DNA of 64,000 nucleotides from Acidimicrobiales bacterium (GTDB lineage: Bacteria > Actinomycetota > Acidimicrobiia > Acidimicrobiales > Aldehydirespiratoraceae): assembly GCA_965116865.1 (NCBI GenBank), contig OZ220727.1:3038307-3102306 (forward strand), given 5' to 3'. This document shows, one piece after another, positions 25,523 to 34,500 of the stretch (position 1 is its first letter; every line of letters starts with the position of its first letter). The translations under genes were made by a program, and so were the position numbers. The notes beneath the pieces were generated by a model. It saw only the letters and a list, made by a program, of their open reading frames with translations. It did no database searches and had not been told where the DNA came from.

Positions 25523-28500
25523 TTATGCGGTTGTGTCGAGGTTGAGGGCGTGTCGCAGAAAGCTGGCCATCTGAGCCCTTGTGACATGCTGGTGCGGGCA
25601 GTAGCGCAACGGGTCGGTGCCGCAGCCCCTGGTGATACCGTTGTGGCGCATGGCGTCGATGGCTGCCGCGTGGGGACTCTCCGGGTCCACATCAACGAAT
25701 CCCGCAGGCTGGGGAGCACCCGCCAAGCCGAGCGTACGCGACAACAGGCTGGCCATCTGAGCCCTGGTGACGGGCAGGTCGGGGCAGTAGCGCAACGGGT
25801 TGGTGCCGCAGCCCTTGGTGACATCGTTGTGGTGCAAGGCGTCGATGGCTGCCGCGTGGGGACTCTCCGGGTCCACATCAACGAATCCCGCAGGCTGGGG
25901 AGCACCCGCCAAGCCGAGCGTACGCGACAACAGGCTGGCCATCTGAGCCCTGGTGACGGGCAGGTCGGGGCAGTAGCGCAACGGGTTGGTGCCGCAGCCG
26001 TGAGTGATGCCGTTGTGGAACATCATTTCGATGGCCGTCGCGTGGGCACTGGCGATGTCCACGTCGGCGAACCCCGCGAACTGCGGCGGGGGCGGCGGGG
26101 GCTGCGGGGCAGGATCCTCCTGAGCCGACGGAGGCGGCGGCGGAGGCGGAGGCGGAGGCGGAGGCGGCGGAGGCGGAGGCGGAGGCGGAGGCGGCGGAGG
26201 CGGCGCGGTGTCGTCGTCGGTGATGGTGACGATGACGTTGCCGGTTGTGTCGTAGCCGCCGCCTGAGGTGTCGTGGCGTAGTGTCGCGGTGTCGTCGACG
26301 ATGTCGTCGTCTTCGTCGGCGTGCACCGTCACTGTCTGGTAGGTGTCCCAGTTGTTTGTGGTGAATGTCAGTGACAGCACAGGCCCTGCAGCCGTCACTG
26401 TCACTGAGCTTGCCGTCGGTGTGGACAGTACCAGGTCGTTGTCTGCGAGCGCGGACACGGTCATGGTCACAGCGTCTGCGGGCTGCGCCGAGAGCCGCAC
26501 CGTGTATGTGGAGTCGGTGCCTTCGGTGACTGTCGCTGCTGTCGGGTCGAATTGCAGGCCTGCGGTGTCGTCGTCGGTGATGGTGACGATGACGTTGCCG
26601 GTTGTGTCGTAGTCGCCGCCTGAGGTGTCGTGGCGTAGTGTCGCGGTGTCGTCGGCGGTGTCGTCGTCTTCGTCGGCGTGCACCGTCACTGTCTGGTAGG
26701 TGTCCCAGTTGTTTGTGGTGAATGTCAGTGACAGTACAGGCCCTGCAGTCGTCACTGTCACTGAGCTTGCCGTCGGTGTGGACAGCACTAGGTCGTTGTC
26801 TGCGAGCGCGGACACGGTCATGGTCACAGCGTCTGCGGGCTGCGCCGAGAGCCGCACCGTGTATGTGGTGTCGGTGCCTTCGGTGACTGTCGCTGCTGTC
26901 GGGTCGAATTGCAGGCCTGCGGTGTCGTCGTCGGTGATGGTGACGATGACGTTGCCGGTTGTGTCGTAGTCGCCGCCTGAGGTGTCGTGGCGTAGTGTTG
27001 CGGTGTCGTCGGCGGTGTCGTCGTCTTCGTCGGCGTGCACCGTCACTGTCTGGTAGGTGTCCCAGTTGTTTGTGGTGAATGTCAGTGACAGTACAGGCCC
27101 TGCAGTCGTCACTGTCACTGAGCTTGCCGTCGGTGTGGACAGTACCAGGTCGTTGTCTGCGAGCGCGGACACGGTCATGGTCACAGCGTCTGCGGGCTGC
27201 GCCGAGAGCCGCACCGTGTATGTGGTGTCGGTGCCTTCGGTGACTGTCGCTGCTGTCGGGTCGAATTGCAGGCCTGCGGTGTCGTCGTCGGTGATGGTGA
27301 CGATGACGTTGCCGGTTGTGTCGTAGTCGCCGCCTGAGGTGTCGTGGCGTAGTGTTGCGGTGTCGTCGGCGGTGTCGTCGTCTTCGTCGGCGTGCACCGT
27401 CACTGTCTGGTAGGTGTCCCAGTTGTTTGTGGTGAATGTCAGTGACAGTACAGGCCCTGCAGTCGTCACTGTCACTGAGCTTGCCGTCGGTGTGGACAGC
27501 ACTAGGTCGTTGTCTGCGAGCGCGGACACGGTCATGGTCACAGCGTCTGCGGGCTGCGCCGAGAGCCGCACCGTGTATGTGGTGTCGGTGCCTTCGGTGA
27601 CTGTCGCTGCTGTCGGGTCGAATTGCAGGCCTGCGGTGTCGTCGTCGGTGATGGTGACGATGACGTTGCCGGTTGTGTCGTAGTCGCCGCCTGAGGTGTC
27701 GTGGCGTAGTGTTGCGGTGTCGTCGGCGGTGTCGTCGTCTTCGTCGGCGTGCACCGTCACTGTCTGGTAGGTGTCCCAGTTGTTTGTGGTGAATGTCAGT
27801 GACAGCACAGGCCCTGCAGTCGTCACTGTCACTGAGCTTGCCGTCGGTGTGGACAGCACTAGGTCGTTGTCTGCGAGCGCGGACACGGTCATGGTCACAG
27901 CGTCTGCGGGCTGCGCCGAGAGCCGCACCGTGTATGTGGTGTCGGTGCCTTCGGTGACTGTCGCTGCTGTCGGGTCGAATTGCAGGCCTGCGGTGTCGTC
28001 GTCGGTGATGGTGACGATGACGTTGCCGGTTGTGTCGTAGTCGCCGCCTGAGGTGTCGTGGCGTAGTGTTGCGGTGTCGTCGGCGGTGTCGTCGTCTTCG
28101 TCGGCGTGCACCGTCACTGTCTGGTAGGTGTCCCAGTTGTTTGTGGTGAATGTCAGTGACAGTACAGGCCCTGCAGTCGTCACTGTCACTGAGCTTGCCG
28201 TCGGTGTGGACAGTACCAGGTCGTTGTCTGCGAGCGCGGACACGGTCATGGTCACAGCGTCTGCGGGCTGCGCCGAGAGCCGCACCGTGTATGTGGTGTC
28301 GGTGCCTTCGGTGACTGTCGCTGCTGTCGGGTCGAATTGCAGGCCTGCGGTGTCGTCGTCGGTGATGGTGACGATGACGTTGCCGGTTGTGTCGTAGTCG
28401 CCGCCTGAGGTGTCGTGGCGTAGTGTTGCGGTGTCGTCGGCGGTGTCGTCGTCTTCGTCGGCGTGCACCGTCACTGTCTGGTAGGTGTCCCAGTTGTTTG

Positions 28501-31500
28501 TGGTGAATGTCAGTGACAGTACAGGCCCTGCAGTCGTCACTGTCACTGAGCTTGCCGTCGGTGTGGACAGTACCAGGTCGTTGTCTGCGAGCGCGGACAC
28601 GGTCATGGTCACAGCGTCTGCGGGCTGCGCCGAGAGCCGCACCGTGTATGTGGTGTCGGTGCCTTCGGTGACTGTCGCTGCTGTCGGGTCGAATTGCAGG
28701 CCTGCGGTGTCGTCGTCGGTGATGGTGACGATGACGTTGCCGGTTGTGTCGTAGTCGCCGCCTGAGGTGTCGTGGCGTAGTGTTGCGGTGTCGTCGGCGG
28801 TGTCGTCGTCTTCGTCGGCGTGCACCGTCACTGTCTGGTAGGTGTCCCAGTTGTTTGTGGTGAATGTCAGTGACAGTACAGGCCCTGCAGTCGTCACTGT
28901 CACTGGGCTTGTCGTCGGTGTGGACAGTACCAGGTCGTTGTCTGCGAGCGCGGACACGGTCATGGTCACATCGTCTGCGGGCTGCGACGAGAGCCGCACC
29001 GTGTATGTGGTGTCGGTGCCTTCGGTGACTGTCGCTGCTGTCGGGTCGAATTGCAGGCCTGCGGTGTCGTCGTCGGTGATGGTGACGATGACGTTGCCGG
29101 TTGTGTCGTAGTCGCCGCCTGAGGTGTCGTGGCGTAGTGTTGCGGTGTCGTCGGCGGTGTCGTCGTCTTCGTCGGCGTGCACCGTCACTGTCTGGTAGGT
29201 GTCCCAGTTGTTTGTGGTGAATGTCAGTGACAGCACAGGCCCTGCAGTCGTCACTGTCACTGAGCTTGCCGTCGGTGTGGACAGTACCAGGTCGTTGTCT
29301 GCGAGCGCGGACACGGTCATGGTCACAGCGTCTGCGGGCTGCGCCGAGAGCCGCACCGTGTATGTGGAGTCGGTGCCTTCGGTGACTGTCGCTGCTGTCG
29401 GGTCGAATTGCAGGCCTGCGGTGTCGTCGTCGGTGATGGTGACGATGACGTTGCCGGTTGTGTCGTAGCCGCCGCCTGAGGTGTCGTGGCGTAGTGTCGC
29501 GGTGTCGTCGGCGATGTCGTCGTCTTCGTCGGCGTGCACCGTCACTGTCTGGTAGGTGTCCCAGTTGTTTGTGGTGAATGTCAGTGACAGTACAGGCCCT
29601 GCAGTCGTCACTGTCACTGAGCTTGCCGTCGGTGTGGACAGTACCAGGTCGTTGTCTGCGAGCGCGGACACGGTCATGGTCACAGCGTCTGCGGGCTGCG
29701 CCGAGAGCCGCACCGTGTATGTGGAGTCGGTGCCTTCGGTGACTGTCGCTGCTGTCGGGTCGAATTGCAGGCCTGCGGTGTCGTCGTCGGTGATGGTGAC
29801 GATGACGTTGCCGGTTGTGTCGTAGCCGCCGCCTGAGGTGTCGTGGCGCAGTGTTGCGGTGTCGTCGGCGATGTCGTCGTCTTCGTCGGCGTGCACCGTC
29901 ACTGTCTGGTAGGTGTCCCAGTTGTTTGTGGTGAATGTCAGTGACAGTACAGGCCCTGCAGTCGTCACTGTCACTGAGCTTGCCGTCGGTGTGGACAGTA
30001 CCAGGTCGTTGTCTGCGAGCGCGGACACGGTCATGGTCACAGCGTCTGCGGGCTGCGCCGAGAGCCGCACCGTGTATGTGGAGTCGGTGCCTTCGGTGAC
30101 TGTCGCTGCTGTCGGGTCGAATTGCAGGCCTGCGGTGTCGTCGTCGGTGATGGTGACGATGACGTTGCCGGTTGTGTCGTAGTCGCCGCCTGAGGTGTCG
30201 TGGCGCAGTGTTGCGGTGTCGTCGGCGATGTCGTCGTCTTCGTCGGCGTGCACCGTCACTGTCTGGTAGGTGTCCCAGTTGTTTGTGGTGAATGTCAGTG
30301 ACAGTACAGGCCCTGCAGTCGTCACTGTCACTGGGCTTGTCGTCGGTGTGGACAGTACCAGGTCGTTGTCTGCGAGCGCGGACACGGTCATGGTCACATC
30401 GTCTGCGGGCTGCGACGAGAGCCGCACCGTGTATGCGGTGTTGGTGCCTTCGGTCACAGACAGCGCTGGCGGGTTGAATTGCAGGCCTGCGGTGTCGCTG
30501 TCTGTGATGGTGACGGTGATGTTGCCGGTTGTGTCGTAGTCGCCGCCTGAGGTGTCGTGGCGCAGTGTTGCGGTGTCGTCGACGGCGTCGTCGTCTTCGT
30601 CGGCGTGCACCGTCACTGTCTGGAACACGTTCCAGTTGCTTGTGGTGAATGTCAGTGACAGCACAGGTTCCGAAATCGACACTGACACTGAGCTTGCCGT
30701 CGGTGTGGACAGTACCAGGTCGTTGTCTGCGAGCGCGGACACGGTCATGGTCACAGCGTCTGCGGGCTGCGACGAGAGCCGCACCGCGTATGTGGTGCTG
30801 TCGCCTTCGGTCACAGACAGCGCTGGCGGGTTGAATTGCAGGCCTGCGGTGTCGTTGTCGGTGATGGTGACGGTGATGTTGCCGGTTGTGTCGTAGTCGC
30901 CGCCTGAGGTGTCGTGGCGTAGTGTCGCGGTGTCGTCGACGGCGTCGTCGTCTTCGTCGGCGTGCACCGTCACTGACTGGTAGGTGCCCCAGTTGCTTGT
31001 GGTGAATGTCAGTGACAGCACAGGTTCCGAAATCGACACTGACACTGAGCTTGCCGTCGGTGTGGACAGTACCAGGTCGTTGTCTGCGAGCGCGGACACG
31101 GTCACGGTCACATCGTCTGCGGGCTGCGACGAGAGCCGCACCGCGTATGTGGTGCTGTCGCCTTCGGTCACAGACAGCGCTGGCGGGTTGAATTGCAGGC
31201 CTGCGGTGTCGTTGTCGGTGATGGTGACGGTGATGTTGCCGGTTGTGTCGTAGTCGCCGCCTGAGGTGTCGTGGCGTAGTGTCGCGGTGTCGTCGGCGAT
31301 GTCGTCGTCTTCGTCGGCGTGCACCGTCACTGACTGGTAGGTGCCCCAGTTGCTTGTGGTGAATGTCAGTGACAGCACAGGTTCCGAAATCGACACTGAC
31401 ACTGAGCTTGCCGTCGGTGTGGACAGTACCAGGTCGTTGTCTGCGAGCGCGGACACGGTCACGGTCACATCGTCTGCGGGCTGCGACGAGAGCCGCACCC

Positions 31501-34500
31501 CGTATGTGGTGTTGGTGCCTTCGGTGACCGTCACTGCTGGCGGGTCGAATTGCAGGCCTGCGGTGTCGTCGTCGGTGACCGTCACGGTCATGCTGGCGGT
31601 GACGGTGTCGAAGTCGGCGCCTGATGCGGTGTGGGTTAGTGTGAGAGTGTCGTTGGCAATGTCGTCGTCGTGGCTGGCAGTGACGGTGACGGTCTGTGCT
31701 GTGTTCCAAGCGGCCTGGGCGAACGTCAAGGAGGTGCTGCTGAGGGTGGCGTCGGTGTCGGCGTGGCCGGTGACGGCGACGATGACTGGTCCGGTGGGCT
31801 GCCCGTTCAGTTTGACGTTGTAGCTGTTGGTAAAGCCTTCGTTGACGGTCAGCGACGACGTGGACAGTTTCAGGGCCTGGGTGTCGTTGTCGGTGCTTTC
31901 GGCGTAGAAGTGAGTGTCGGCAGAGTCGAAGCCGCCGCCGCTAGCGTTGTGCCTCAGCCCGATCGAGTTGTCTGAGAAGTCGTCGTCTTCCGCGGCGGTG
32001 ACGGAGACGGTCTGCCAGGTGTCCCATGCGGAGACGGCGAACGTTAAGGTCGTCGGACTCACCGTCATGATGGAGCTGGTTGCAGGAATGATCTCGACAG
32101 TCACCTCGGCCGTTGGCTCTCCGGACAGCCTCACAGTGTATCCGGCGGTGGAGCCCTCCGGCACGCTTACCCCGGAGGACGGCTGGAATTCAAGAGATGG
32201 GGTGTCGTTGTCGTTGATGGTGACGACGAGGTTGTTGTCGGCGTCGTCAAAGCCGCCGCCGGTGGAGTCGTGGGCGAGCGAGAGCGAGTCGGTGACAATG
32301 TTGTCGTCCTCGCCGGCGGTGACGGAGACGGTCTGCCAGGTGTCCCATGCGGAGACGGCGAACGTTAAGGTCGTCGAGCTCACCGTCATGATGGAGCTGG
32401 CTGGAGGAGTGATCGCTACGGTTACATCGTCTGCGGGCTGCGACGAGAGCCGCACCCCGTATGTGGTGTTGGTGCCTTCGGTGACCGTCACTGCTGGCGG
32501 GTCGAATTGCAGGCCTGCGGTGTCGTCGTCGGTGACCGTCACGGTCATGCTGGCGGTGACGGTGTCGAAGTCGGCGCCTGATGCGGTGTGGGTTAGTGTG
32601 AGAGTGTCGTTGGCAATGTCGTCGTCGTGGCTGGCAGTGACGGTGACGGTCTGTGCTGTGTTCCAAGCGGCCTGGGTGAACGTCAAGGAGGTGCTGCTGA
32701 GGGTGGCGTCGGTGTCGGCGTGGCCGGTGACGGCGACGATGACTGGTCCGGTGGGCTGCCCGTTCAGTTTGACGTTGTAGCTGTTGGTAAAGCCTTCGTT
32801 GACGGTCAGCGACGACGTGGACAGTTTCAGGGCCTGGGTGTCGTTGTCGGTGCTTTCGGCGTAGAAGTGAGTGTCGGCAGAGTCGAAGCCGCCGCCGCTA
32901 GCGTTGTGCCTCAGCCCGATCGAGTTGTCTGAGAAGTCGTCGTCTTCCGCGGCGGTGACGGAGACGGTCTGCCAGGTGTCCCATGCGGAGACGGCGAACG
33001 TTAAGGTCGTCGGACTCACCGTCATGATGGAGCTGGTTGCAGGAATGATCTCGACAGTCACCTCGGCCGTTGGCTCTCCGGACAGCCTCACAGTGTATCC
33101 GGCGGTGGAGCCCTCCGGCACGCTTACCCCGGAGGACGGCTGGAATTCAAGAGATGGGGTGTCGTTGTCGTTGATGGTGACGACGAGGTTGTTGTCGGCG
33201 TCGTCAAAGCCGCCGCCGGTGGAGTCGTGGGCGAGCGAGAGCGAGTCGGTGACAATGTTGTCGTCCTCGCCGGCGGTGACGGAGACGGTCTGCCAGGTGT
33301 CCCATGCGGAGACGGCGAACGTTAAGGTCGTCGAGCTCACCGTCATGATGGAGCTGGCTGGAGGAGTGATCGCTACGGTTACATCGTCTGCGGGCTGCGA
33401 CGAGAGCCGCACCGCGTATGTGGTGCTGTCGCCTTCGGTCACAGACAGCGCTGTCGGGTCGAATTTCAGGCCTGCGGTGTCGTTGTCGGTGATGGTGACG
33501 GTGATGTTGCCGGTTGTGTCGTAGTCGCCGCCTGAGGTGTCGTGGCGTAGTGTCGCGGTGTCGTCGGCGATGTCGTCGTCTTCGTCGGCGTGCACCGTCA
33601 CTGACTGGTAGGTGCCCCAGTTGCTTGTGGTGAATGTCAGTGACAGCACAGGTTCCGAAATCGACACTGACACTGAGCTTGCCGTCGGTGTGGACAGTAC
33701 CAGGTCGTTGTCTGCGAGCGCGGACACGGTCACGGTCACATCGTCTGCGGGCTGCGACGAGAGCCGCACCCCGTATGTGGTGTTGGTGCCTTCGGTGACC
33801 GTCACTGCTGGCGGGTCGAATTGCAGGCCTGCGGTGTCGTCGTCGGTGACCGTCACGGTCATGCTGGCGGTGACGGTGTCGAAGTCGGCGCCTGATGCGG
33901 TGTGGGTTAGTGTGAGAGTGTCGTTGGCAATGTCGTCGTCGTGGCTGGCAGTGACGGTGACGGTCTGTGCTGTGTTCCAAGCGGCCTGGGCGAACGTCAA
34001 GGAGGTGCTGCTGAGGGTGGCGTCGGTGTCGGCGTGGCCGGTGACGGCGACGATGACTGGTCCGGTGGGCTGCCCGTTCAGTTTGACGTTGTAGCTGTTG
34101 GTAAAGCCTTCGTTGACGGTCAGCGACGACGTGGACAGTTTCAGGGCCTGGGTGTCGTTGTCGGTGCTTTCGGCGTAGAAGTGAGTGCCGGCAGAGTCGA
34201 AGCCGCCGCCGCTAGCGTTGTGCCACAGCCCGATCGAGTTGTCTGAGAAGTCGTCGTCTTCCGCGGCGGTGACGGAGACGGTCTGCCAGGTGTCCCATGC
34301 GGAGACGGCGAACGTTAAGGTCGTCGGACTCACCGTCATGATGGAGCTGGTTGCAGGAATGATCTCGACAGTCACCTCGGCCGTTGGCTCTCCGGACAGC
34401 CTCACAGTGTATCCGGCGGTGGAGCCCTCCGGCACGCTTACCCCGGAGGACGGCTGGAATTCAAGAGATGGGGTGTCGTTGTCGTTGATGGTGACGACGA

